A stretch of 31,151 nt of DNA from a virus. Taxonomy: Duplodnaviria > Caudoviricetes. The notes under the pieces were generated by a model. The model was not told the DNA's origin. It searched no databases and was given only the letters and a program-made list of their open reading frames with translations. How positions within the stretch are numbered: position 1 is the stretch's first letter; each line of letters starts with the position of its first letter. The stretch is from the IMG/VR virus record IMGVR_UViG_3300030376_001531, positions 1 through 31,151 of that record. One strand, given 5' to 3'. The position numbers were made by a program, and so were the translations under genes. Of this stretch, positions 8,091 through 17,638 are shown one piece after another.

Positions 8091-9314
8091 ATGCCTAAAC
8101 CAGATGGCGGATTAATCCGTGAAAATAATTTACAATATTACGCCGGCGCGCAGATTATATATACCTCAGCAGGAGCAACTACTGTATATGATTTTACATT
8201 TAATACTAAATTAGTTTTAGGTAGCACAACTAGTTATGCACCAACAGATCCTAATTATATACAAAATAATTTTCAAATATACACAAGTCCAAATGGTATA
8301 AATAGTTGGACTGAGTTTATTACAGCTTACACTGTAACTTATATTCAAGACGGTACTAATTTAACTAGTAGAATAACACTGGCTGCAGGTCAAGGGGTCG
8401 GGACATATGTTAAAGTACAGTTAAAAGAAGGTGCGGTCGAAGATAATTATGGTAATTATGAATACATAAAATTAAAAGATATTATTAATAATTTTATTGT
8501 AGGTTATGTAGGTCAAGATAAATTAATACCTAGAGTAAATAGAACAGATGTTATATTTCATGCTAAAAGAGGTTTACAAGAATTTAGTTATGATACATTA
8601 AAAAGTATAAAATCTCAAGAATTAACAGTTCCAGACAATCTTTCATTAATAATACCGCAAGATTATGTTAACTATGTTAAATTATCTTATGTAGACGGTA
8701 ATGGTGTTAAGCATACTATATACCCAACACAATTAACGAGTAGTCCTTATTACACTCCTATACAAGACAAACATGGCAAGCCAATACAAGATAATTTCAG
8801 TGATAATGTGGAAGGTACTTCTTTAACTAACGAAAGATGGCAAGCAATGAATACAAGTAATATAACTGGGTTTTGGCCAGTGGATACTACTAATCCAGAT
8901 ATTTGGATGTATGATTGGTGGGGTGAACCAGGTGGTCCATGGGGTTGGTATGGACAAAGATATGGTGGTGATCCTGTAAACATGCAAGTAAATGGTTGGT
9001 TTAATATAGATGAAAGAAGAGGTACTTTTAATTTCTCTAGTGATTTAATGGGTAAATTAATAATATTAGAATATATATCTGATGGTTTAGCTTATGACCT
9101 AGATACTAAAGTACCTAAACTTGCAGAAGAGGCAATGTATCAACATTTACTATATAGCATAATGTCAACTAGAAGAGATACAGCCGCTATAGCACCACAA
9201 TATAAAAGACAAAGATACGCAGCTTTACGTAATGCTAAAATAAGATTATCTAATATTAAGTTAGATGAAATAGTACAAGTAATGCGTAATAAATCTAAAT
9301 GGATTAAACATTAA
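8091..9314 (+). CDS. Putative tail ring/tubular protein with extra N-terminal beta domain
   Basis: 407 aa. The core (IFHAKRGLQEFSYD...IPQDYVNYVKLS...ILEYISDGL) has adaptor/ring-like architecture, preceded by about 120 aa of Thr/Tyr-rich beta sequence. Confidence 0.6.
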   Translation: MPKPDGGLIRENNLQYYAGAQIIYTSAGATTVYDFTFNTKLVLGSTTSYAPTDPNYIQNNFQIYTSPNGINSWTEFITAYTVTYIQDGTNLTSRITLAAGQGVGTYVKVQLKEGAVEDNYGNYEYIKLKDIINNFIVGYVGQDKLIPRVNRTDVIFHAKRGLQEFSYDTLKSIKSQELTVPDNLSLIIPQDYVNYVKLSYVDGNGVKHTIYPTQLTSSPYYTPIQDKHGKPIQDNFSDNVEGTSLTNERWQAMNTSNITGFWPVDTTNPDIWMYDWWGEPGGPWGWYGQRYGGDPVNMQVNGWFNIDERRGTFNFSSDLMGKLIILEYISDGLAYDLDTKVPKLAEEAMYQHLLYSIMSTRRDTAAIAPQYKRQRYAALRNAKIRLSNIKLDEIVQVMRNKSKWIKH

Positions 9315-9316
9315 AT

Positions 9317-12300
9317 ATGCCAGAAATTAAAAACTCCTTTTTAAAAGGTAGAATGAATCAAGATCTTGACTCTCGTATTTTACCTAATGGTGAATATAGA
9401 GAAGCTATCAACTTATTGATTAGTAGATCTGAAGGTAGCACTGTTGGTGAGTTTGAAAATATTTTAGGTAATAGTATTCTAAGTACCATGTCAACTAATA
9501 AAAGTCTACGTATTATTGGCAGTTTTTCAGATGAAACAAATAATAGAGTTTATTTATTTGCAACTGATTTTTCTAATTCAAGCGCTAGTGCTAGAGCAGC
9601 AACTACAAATACTTGTTCTATTATAGAAATAGATCTGAATGGTCAAGCACCTATAACACCAGTTGTTTTAGTAAGTGGTTATTGGCTTAATTTTAATCAA
9701 AAATTTCCTATATACGGTGTTAATTTATTAGAAGAATTATTATTTTTTACTGATAATTTAAATCAACCAAGAAAGATAAACGTTACTACTGCTAGAAATA
9801 ATCCTTATGTATCTGCTGGTAGTCCAGGAGCTTACACAGAAGAGATGCAAATATCTGTTGCAAAATATTATCCTTGCCTACCTGTTGTTCCTATACAAAA
9901 AACAAAAGGACTTGTTAGTAGTAGCGCTACAAATAGTACTACTGTAATAGTTTTACACGGAAGTACTGCCTCACCTAATATTAAAGTAGGTGATATAGTA
10001 ACTGATTTTGATCAAACAGATGTTGCTGGTTTACAAATTACAAATACTTTACCTCCAGTTAGAGTTGTTGAGTGTATGAATCCAGGCACTAATACTCAGT
10101 TTAGAGTTAGTCCAGCAATGGCTATACCCAGTAGTGGAACTAGATTACCAACAAGCACTAGTATAGCTTTTACTAGAACTAGTATGAAAAATAGTGGTAA
10201 CCAGTTTGTTTCTAATTTTTCTTTACAAGAAATTAATTTTGTTGGTGGTAATACAAGTTTTAGTATAAATAGATCTGGTAGTGGACCAGCAGTTCAATTA
10301 GGAGGTGTTCCTAGAGTTGGTGATATTATAACAATTACAACTGGAGCTACAGATGATATTCCTAATTTAAACAATACTAACGCGTCATATCGTTATCCTA
10401 TAAGAGTTTCCGCGGTAACAGTAACAAATGTTAGTAACACAAGTACTGGTAGATGGCAAATAACAACTGATAAAGATTTTACAGCTGGCGGTGCTTTAGC
10501 TGGTTTTGCTGTTGGTGATAATATAGCTATAGGTAATAATGAAAATTATGACGCTAGTTTTAAAGGAGATACAAAATTTTTAGAAGATAAATTTATAAGA
10601 TTAAGTTATAGATATAAATTTAATGATAATGAATATTCTTTAATGGCACCTTTTAGTAATACTATATTTGTACCAAAGCAACAAGGTCAATTTGGATTAG
10701 GTCAAATAAATACTAAGGTAAACGATATAAATAATTATTATCAAGACGAAACTGACGCTTATACTAGTACTATTTTAGAGTGGTTTGAAAATGATATAGA
10801 TACTGTGGATGTTAAAATACCTGTACCAGATACTATTGCTAACTTAATGAGTAAATATAAAATACAAAAATTAGATGTATTATATAAAGAATCAGATGGT
10901 TTATCAGTAAAAGTTTTAGATACTATAGATTTAAGTGTTCCTGGATTAACTTTAGAAAGCATAGAATATAATGACGATGTAAACGGTTTAATTACTCAGC
11001 AATATTATAATTATAATTACAAATCAAATAAACCTTATAAAACTCTACCGCAAAATCAAACAACTAGAGTTTATGATAAAGTGCCTATAAGAGCTTTAGC
11101 ACAAGAGGTTTCTAGTAATAGAGTTATCTATGGTAACTTTGTAGAAAAAATGACTCCGCCTAGCACTATACCATACAGTGTTGGTTTAACAGATACAGAT
11201 GTTGAGTCTTCTAATTATGCTGCTATTTATCCTCATCAAACAGTAAAACAAAACAGAACTTATCAATTAGGTTTTGTGTTAGTTGATTACTATGGTAGAC
11301 AATCAGATGTTGTACTCTCTTCGTATGATAGTGATAACTCTAGAGCTGGATCAAGTGTATATGTACCTTACAGAACTAGTGGTGAAGCAACAACTGCTCC
11401 AATAATAGATTGGTTAGGTAATAACTTAACCCTAAGTATTGATGAATCATTTGGTGGTACACAAAATTTTGAAACAGGTGAACCAGGTTTATATAGAGAA
11501 CATGGTTATGCTGCGAGTATAATAGCTATAACTGATGGTGATGGTAATTATGAAGTTAACACCACTTATAATACAACTGGTGGTAGCGGAACAGGATGCG
11601 TAGTAAGAGTAACAAGTGTTAGTGCTGGCGGTGTAATAACAGGTTTATCTATTATCAATGGTGGTAGTGGTTATACACAAGGAAATGAATTAACCGTAAC
11701 TGGAGGTGATGGCGCTGGAGCATTTACTATAAATACAGGTATTGCTAACCCACTTGGTTGGTATAGTTATAAAGTAGTTGTTAAACAACAACAACAAGAA
11801 TATTACAACGTGTATATGCCTGGGTTTGTAAATGGATTACCTATACAAAATCAAACATGGGACGGTCAAACAAATACAACACCTACTTTTTCACCTATTG
11901 AAACACAAAGAGGAAAAATATTCTTTTCTACATTGTTAAGTGAAAATATAAATAAAATACCTAGAGACTTAAATGAAATAGGACCAACTGATAGAGAGTT
12001 TAACAGTGATGAAATTATATATATAAGAGTAAATAATCCTAATGCTACTAAAGACGAAGAAGTTAGAAACTTACAATACTATCCTGGTCAATTAAGTCAA
12101 AACGTTTTAAATATAAGTACAGCTAAAGAAACAGAATTAGCTGCTATACCTTTTAAACCATTTAGAACTGGTTATAGTTTTAACGGTATAATAATAGGTC
12201 CTACTGGTAATCAAGGTGGTTACAACGGAACAACTCAATATAATCCTTCTGGAGCTAGTAACTCTGTAACAGCTACTATAAATGCCGGTAGAATACCTTA

Positions 12301-13957
12301 TGGAGATGTAGGGGATTTTCAGGCTTTTTATGCTTCTGAGCAAAATCCTTTTATAATTAAAGTTGGTCAAGTAGAAAACTTTGGTAATCCAGTTGGCGCT
12401 ATGGTTGTAGGAAAAGGAGAAGGTCAGGTTAGCCTAGGTAATTATCAATTACCTCATGATACTAATTGGAATTCTACAGGTACTCCTTTACAAAATCAAA
12501 GAAATATGCAGCCTATATTGTCTGTTGCAGAAACTAAACCTACTTATTCTGTATTAGAATTATTTTATGAAACAGCAATGACAGGTAAGCTTGAAACATT
12601 AAACGGTATGATAGATACTAATTATGATGGTGCTGTAAGAATAAATGCTAGTGAAGGTAGTTTTTCTGAATCTATAGCTACTTTAACAAATGTAGGACCA
12701 GAATTTAAATTTATAAATGGATCAGGTGCAACTATACCATATCTTAACATTGTAGGAACTCCACTTATAACAAAAGTATATAGACAAAATGATTTAAGTC
12801 AAACAAACTTGCCTAACACTTTTTCATTAGTAGCTACAAGTAATAATCAATATCAAATAAAAACCGCAACAACTTTTTGGTATGGAACATCTTCTAATGC
12901 TATACCTTCTAGTGATGTTTATATATTTAATTTACAAGTAACAAGTTCTAGTGGTACTTATGTAGATAATTTAAATGCAGCATTAACACTTTCGTTGTCT
13001 AATGCTTCTCCAATCATGTATTCTAACTCTGGTTTAACCGATGTTATTGCTGTTGCATACACAGTTAGTCCAAATCCAGCTGTAAACTCTACAAATATAG
13101 TTCAATTGTATGGTACAAATGGTAGTGCAGACACGGCTAATAGAACTCAAGAATTAGTATGGGCTTTAACAAATATTGCTCCTGGTAAATTAGGTTCAGT
13201 AAGTGACTTTAGTATTAGTAATACAGGTTTAATAACTAGCAACACAACAATGGTTAATGAAGGTGCTTATGGTTTAATAGTTAGCTTAACAGACGTGAAC
13301 AATACTGGTAGTAATAAAATATCTATAACAAGAACTATTAACTGGACAGCTGGTACTGCATTTGCCCCTAAAGCAATAGGTAGTGGTCAAGTAGCTCCTA
13401 CTAGTTCATATATATTAGAAGGCTCGAATAATTCTGGTGAGTTTTTATTTGCTAATGTTCCAAATAATACATCAACAAGCGGAGCAGGAAGCCCATTTGG
13501 TTCACCTGCTTCTACAATGTTCAATATTAAAAAGATTTACAATGCTAGTGCGCAAGGAAATACAGCTTGTTCAGGAGTTGGAGGTGCAACTGCTAATTTA
13601 TTCCAAGGAACTATAAAATTAACTCCTAAACTTTATAATGATTCAACTGGTTCAGGAGATATAAGTGTTTTATTCACAATACAATATAGGGCAAATAATA
13701 GTTCTAGTTGGAGTTCAATTAATAGTGTATCAGGTGCTGGTTTAGATACATGGAGTGCTTCAACGTCAACCTTACAGCTTACTAAATCTACAAGTTCTAC
13801 TGGTAATGTACAAAAAAATTATAGATTTGATCAACTTGGTGAGTATAGAGTTGTAACAAGTGGCTTAAGCGGTGATCAATCTGGTATCGCTAGGTTTACA
13901 GTAGAATTTCAAGATGGCGCTTACGGCGGTACTACCGCAGGTCCTTGTAAAGTGTAA
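9317..13957 (+). CDS. Tail stabilisation (muzzle/nozzle-like) protein, N-terminal part, with inserted beta-rich and Ig/cadherin-like domains
   Basis: 1546 aa. N-terminus NSFLKGRMNQDLDSRILPNGEYREAIN and internal motifs LLFFTDNLNQPRKIN, RLSYRYKF, NRVIYGNF and RTYQLGFVLVDYYGRQSDV resemble crAss-like tail stabilisation proteins. Ser/Thr/Gly-rich inserts and C-terminus. Confidence 0.7.
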   Translation: MPEIKNSFLKGRMNQDLDSRILPNGEYREAINLLISRSEGSTVGEFENILGNSILSTMSTNKSLRIIGSFSDETNNRVYLFATDFSNSSASARAATTNTCSIIEIDLNGQAPITPVVLVSGYWLNFNQKFPIYGVNLLEELLFFTDNLNQPRKINVTTARNNPYVSAGSPGAYTEEMQISVAKYYPCLPVVPIQKTKGLVSSSATNSTTVIVLHGSTASPNIKVGDIVTDFDQTDVAGLQITNTLPPVRVVECMNPGTNTQFRVSPAMAIPSSGTRLPTSTSIAFTRTSMKNSGNQFVSNFSLQEINFVGGNTSFSINRSGSGPAVQLGGVPRVGDIITITTGATDDIPNLNNTNASYRYPIRVSAVTVTNVSNTSTGRWQITTDKDFTAGGALAGFAVGDNIAIGNNENYDASFKGDTKFLEDKFIRLSYRYKFNDNEYSLMAPFSNTIFVPKQQGQFGLGQINTKVNDINNYYQDETDAYTSTILEWFENDIDTVDVKIPVPDTIANLMSKYKIQKLDVLYKESDGLSVKVLDTIDLSVPGLTLESIEYNDDVNGLITQQYYNYNYKSNKPYKTLPQNQTTRVYDKVPIRALAQEVSSNRVIYGNFVEKMTPPSTIPYSVGLTDTDVESSNYAAIYPHQTVKQNRTYQLGFVLVDYYGRQSDVVLSSYDSDNSRAGSSVYVPYRTSGEATTAPIIDWLGNNLTLSIDESFGGTQNFETGEPGLYREHGYAASIIAITDGDGNYEVNTTYNTTGGSGTGCVVRVTSVSAGGVITGLSIINGGSGYTQGNELTVTGGDGAGAFTINTGIANPLGWYSYKVVVKQQQQEYYNVYMPGFVNGLPIQNQTWDGQTNTTPTFSPIETQRGKIFFSTLLSENINKIPRDLNEIGPTDREFNSDEIIYIRVNNPNATKDEEVRNLQYYPGQLSQNVLNISTAKETELAAIPFKPFRTGYSFNGIIIGPTGNQGGYNGTTQYNPSGASNSVTATINAGRIPYGDVGDFQAFYASEQNPFIIKVGQVENFGNPVGAMVVGKGEGQVSLGNYQLPHDTNWNSTGTPLQNQRNMQPILSVAETKPTYSVLELFYETAMTGKLETLNGMIDTNYDGAVRINASEGSFSESIATLTNVGPEFKFINGSGATIPYLNIVGTPLITKVYRQNDLSQTNLPNTFSLVATSNNQYQIKTATTFWYGTSSNAIPSSDVYIFNLQVTSSSGTYVDNLNAALTLSLSNASPIMYSNSGLTDVIAVAYTVSPNPAVNSTNIVQLYGTNGSADTANRTQELVWALTNIAPGKLGSVSDFSISNTGLITSNTTMVNEGAYGLIVSLTDVNNTGSNKISITRTINWTAGTAFAPKAIGSGQVAPTSSYILEGSNNSGEFLFANVPNNTSTSGAGSPFGSPASTMFNIKKIYNASAQGNTACSGVGGATANLFQGTIKLTPKLYNDSTGSGDISVLFTIQYRANNSSSWSSINSVSGAGLDTWSASTSTLQLTKSTSSTGNVQKNYRFDQLGEYRVVTSGLSGDQSGIARFTVEFQDGAYGGTTAGPCKV

Positions 13958-13988
13958 GTATTAAAAAAAACAAGTAATAATATATTAA

Positions 13989-15479
13989 ATGGCTATAACT
14001 ATAGATGTTAACTTCTTTAATTCCTTTGCTTTAAAAAGAGTTTATGCTACCGTGTCAGGCGGTGAGATGCCTTATGCTGATAATCAAGGTACTAGAGCTA
14101 CTAGTTGGACTACACCTATAGTTTCTAATTCTACATACGACTGGTATATAGAAGAATCTAGAATACGAGGTGGTTACAATAATACTAGCATGGACATAGG
14201 AGTTAAAGCTTATATTGTAGAAGAAAATGATAGTCAACAAAGAAGAAGTAATTCTTTAATATATTCTGGTATATATAACTCTAGAACAGGCATAAACAAT
14301 ACTAATCAATTTAGTGTTGCTGAAGAAATAACAAAAAGTGTAGATCCAGTTGGTGGATCAATACAAAAGCTTTATGCCGAGGATACAAATTTAACTGTAT
14401 TTCAAGAAAGAAAATGTAATGTAGCTTTAATAGATAAAGACGCTATATATAGTGCTGAAGGTGGAGGTACTGTTACAACAGCAAATCAAGTTATTGGTTC
14501 AATAACACCTATACCTGGTAATTGGGGTATAGCAACTAATCCAGAATCTTTTGCTACATATGGTTATACTAAATATTTTGTAGACAAAGAAAGAAACGCT
14601 GTGTTGAAAATGGAAGGAACTTCTATACAAGAAATATCTTCAGGCGGTATGACTGATTTCTTTAGAGATCAATTGTCAGCTATTGGTTCAAACGGTGATA
14701 TATTAGGTTCATACGATGTTTATAACAAGAACTATGTTATTTCTTTATTGCCTAACGGTAGATACTCAGCTGCTAACGCAAGCACGGATCTATATAAAAC
14801 ATTAACATGGGACGAATTAAACGCTGGTTGGGTTAGTTTTTATACATATCAACCAGATATAATGTTCAGTGTAAGAGGTGATTTTTATTCAGCTTCACCT
14901 AGCTACGCAGCTAACGGTAATATAAATACTAACTCTTATTTATGGAAACATTATAGTAATACAGATAGAAATAGTTTTTATGGATTTAAAACACCTTCAT
15001 CAGTTCAATTTGTATTTAATCCAGAACCAAACTTTATAAAAACATTTAAAACTGTTAATTACGAGGGTAGTAATGGTTGGGAAATAAGTGATTTTAGATC
15101 AGATAATACTGGTCAAAACGCATCTGTAACACCTACAGGTAATTGGTTAAGTAATTTTGATCAAGCAACTGGTAATGTTAGATTAGCAAATGGATCACTA
15201 GGTCCAGCTAGTTATAACAAAATATATAGTTATGATGAAGGATTATACACAGAAGACAATATTGAATATAGAGCAGGTTTTTATAGAAAACAAAACAAAT
15301 ACTATGCTGTAGTACCTAACAATACGCAAACACCTATGTATGGTGAAGTTATATTTGGTAACCAAACAATGGGTATAAAAGGGTATTTTGCTACAGTAAC
15401 AATGAAAACAGATAATACAACTAACAACGGCGGACCAAAATCTTTATTTGCGGTCAGCTCAGAATTTATACAAAAATAA
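13989..15479 (+). CDS. Tail stabilisation protein, C-terminal beta-propeller-like part (separate gene)
   Basis: 496 aa. Motifs LIYSGIYNSRTGINNTNQF, GSIQKL, WGIATNPESFA, YFVDKERNAVLKM and GWVSFYTY resemble the C-terminal half of crAss-like stabilisation proteins. Confidence 0.65.
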   Translation: MAITIDVNFFNSFALKRVYATVSGGEMPYADNQGTRATSWTTPIVSNSTYDWYIEESRIRGGYNNTSMDIGVKAYIVEENDSQQRRSNSLIYSGIYNSRTGINNTNQFSVAEEITKSVDPVGGSIQKLYAEDTNLTVFQERKCNVALIDKDAIYSAEGGGTVTTANQVIGSITPIPGNWGIATNPESFATYGYTKYFVDKERNAVLKMEGTSIQEISSGGMTDFFRDQLSAIGSNGDILGSYDVYNKNYVISLLPNGRYSAANASTDLYKTLTWDELNAGWVSFYTYQPDIMFSVRGDFYSASPSYAANGNINTNSYLWKHYSNTDRNSFYGFKTPSSVQFVFNPEPNFIKTFKTVNYEGSNGWEISDFRSDNTGQNASVTPTGNWLSNFDQATGNVRLANGSLGPASYNKIYSYDEGLYTEDNIEYRAGFYRKQNKYYAVVPNNTQTPMYGEVIFGNQTMGIKGYFATVTMKTDNTTNNGGPKSLFAVSSEFIQK

Positions 15480-15481
15480 TT

Positions 15482-16213
15482 ATGCCATTAGATCCAGTAA
15501 CATTAGGAATAGCGTCAAGTGTCATCACCGGAATCTTTGGAGGAGGACGTGCTCGTAGAGCTAAAAGAAAAGCACAACGAGAAGCTAGGAGACTTAAAAA
15601 TAAACTAAATAATTTAGAAAATAATAGACAAGCTATAATTGATCCTTTTAGAGGTATACAAGATATTTCTGGTATGGCAGTGGATAGATCTGATCAGATG
15701 ACTAATGCTTATAATAATCTTTCAGTTGCTACTCAAGCTGCTGAAATGAAAATAGAACAAGCAGATATTTCATTAGCAAATACATTAGACACGTTAATGC
15801 AAACTGGTAGTGGCGCAGGTGGTGCTACTGCTTTAGCTCAAGCGGCTTTACAAAGTAAAAAAGAAGTTGCTGCTAGTATTGAACAACAAGAAGTTCAAAA
15901 TGAAAAACTAAGAGCACAAGGAGAAGAGAGTTTAGAGCAAAGACAAATTGCAGAAAAAGGTAGAATAGAAGGATTAAAAATGTCTGAAGCTCAAAGAGTT
16001 CAACAAGCAAGAGCTCAAGGTGAACAGTTCATGTTCAATCAAAGAGAAAGTAGAGAGATGCAGCAAATCAATAGAACAGCAGCCCAACTTGATAATGCTC
16101 GTGCATCAGTTGCTCAAGCTCAACGAGATGGTACAGCGGCTATAACTGGTGCAATTGGTGGTATAGCTAACGCTTTAACTAAAATTGATGGCGGCGAAAC
16201 TGACAACGGATAA
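15482..16213 (+). CDS. Putative ejection/internal virion protein (small)
   Basis: 243 aa. Gly-rich hydrophobic N- and C-terminal helices, a basic patch and an Ala/Gln-rich coiled coil, typical of podovirus ejected proteins. First of three genes after the tail. Confidence 0.6.
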   Translation: MPLDPVTLGIASSVITGIFGGGRARRAKRKAQREARRLKNKLNNLENNRQAIIDPFRGIQDISGMAVDRSDQMTNAYNNLSVATQAAEMKIEQADISLANTLDTLMQTGSGAGGATALAQAALQSKKEVAASIEQQEVQNEKLRAQGEESLEQRQIAEKGRIEGLKMSEAQRVQQARAQGEQFMFNQRESREMQQINRTAAQLDNARASVAQAQRDGTAAITGAIGGIANALTKIDGGETDNG

Positions 16214-16224
16214 TAAAATAAATT

Positions 16225-17634
16225 ATGTCATACGAACAACCTAAGTATATAAACGAATCGCAAGCTGATTTATTTCAGAACATGCAGAATAAGATAGACT
16301 CTGCTGTTACTACTAGTAAGACTACTATTGCTAAACAAAAATATAGAGCTGATGTAGAAATGAACCAGAACATTGTAGAAGCTGGTAATGCTTCTGCTAA
16401 TGTTATAGGAAATATAAATAAGCAAGATTATGGTGATCAATTTACGACAAACAAAGTAGATGGTTATTTTGATAATTATGAAACTGAAGACGGAAGAACA
16501 ATAACGTGGGCTGAAAGAGCGAAAGAGGTTACAATGGAAATGAATCAAAAACCTAGACCAGAAAACTATGGTGATTTAAAAGCTGAATTAGATTTTATTA
16601 ATAACTCACCTGAAGCTGTTAAAACTTCATTAGAAAACTTAACATCTCAATTAGATATTGAAGATAGAGAAATAGATATGACTGGTAAAAGTGGACCTCT
16701 ATTAGCTTCATATATTTTAAGTGGTAAACCTGGTTATAAACCTGGTCAAAGTGGTTTTGATTATAAAATAAGAAGAGGACCTAATAATAGCATAGAATAT
16801 GTTTTTTCAGGTAGTGCTAATATAAATGGTAAAGAAATTAAGTTTCCTGATGGTGAATACGTGTTAAATAGTAATGATTTACAAGCATTACAAGATGATG
16901 ATAGAGATTTAATACAAGGTATACCTAGTGAAACAGATCAAATAAACAGTGTAATTCAAGATTCTAACTTTTTCAAAGGTGCTGAATATAATGAAAAAGG
17001 TGAAAGAACTGGTGGTAGTTTTAAAGATCAAATTGATCTATATAGAATGAAAGGAAACCCTGTCCCAGGTGAAACTACTACAGTTAGAAAAGTTAAAGGT
17101 GCTGAGCTTCAAAAAATGGGTTATCAAAACGTTGATCCTGATAAAGTATATAAGTTTGAAACATGGAATGTAGATAGAGTAGAGGTAAGAAAAGCAATGG
17201 AACAATCAATAAACAATAATGTTGCTGAGTTTTTAGATCCAACAACTGGTGATGTTGATAGAGCTAGATCATATTGGAATAATAGATTAGCTCCAAGTTT
17301 AGGAACAGAGGTTATGGAAGTTGATTTAATGAGGCAAGCTTTTGGGAAATTTGATGAAGTTGCTAGCATGAGTGATGAAGATGTACAGAGTTTATGGGAG
17401 GAAGCTACAGGTGCTTGGCCTTCAGATTTAACTGAGTTAAATAAATATCAAAAAGCAGCTTTCCACAAAGTATATACAGATAGAGCTGTTAACCAAGTAG
17501 TTAGCGAAATGAACCAAAGTCCTTTTGATTTGATGACTGGAACTTTTGTAGATGAAGATCAAGAAATTAAAACAGCTAGTAATATAATTGCAAACAACCA
17601 GGCTAAGACACAAAATAGTTTGCAAATAAATTAA
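16225..17634 (+). CDS. Putative ejection/internal virion protein (medium)
   Basis: 469-aa hydrophilic ORF between the small and giant ejection-like genes; call is by synteny only. Confidence 0.45.
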   Translation: MSYEQPKYINESQADLFQNMQNKIDSAVTTSKTTIAKQKYRADVEMNQNIVEAGNASANVIGNINKQDYGDQFTTNKVDGYFDNYETEDGRTITWAERAKEVTMEMNQKPRPENYGDLKAELDFINNSPEAVKTSLENLTSQLDIEDREIDMTGKSGPLLASYILSGKPGYKPGQSGFDYKIRRGPNNSIEYVFSGSANINGKEIKFPDGEYVLNSNDLQALQDDDRDLIQGIPSETDQINSVIQDSNFFKGAEYNEKGERTGGSFKDQIDLYRMKGNPVPGETTTVRKVKGAELQKMGYQNVDPDKVYKFETWNVDRVEVRKAMEQSINNNVAEFLDPTTGDVDRARSYWNNRLAPSLGTEVMEVDLMRQAFGKFDEVASMSDEDVQSLWEEATGAWPSDLTELNKYQKAAFHKVYTDRAVNQVVSEMNQSPFDLMTGTFVDEDQEIKTASNIIANNQAKTQNSLQIN

Positions 17635-17638
17635 CAAC

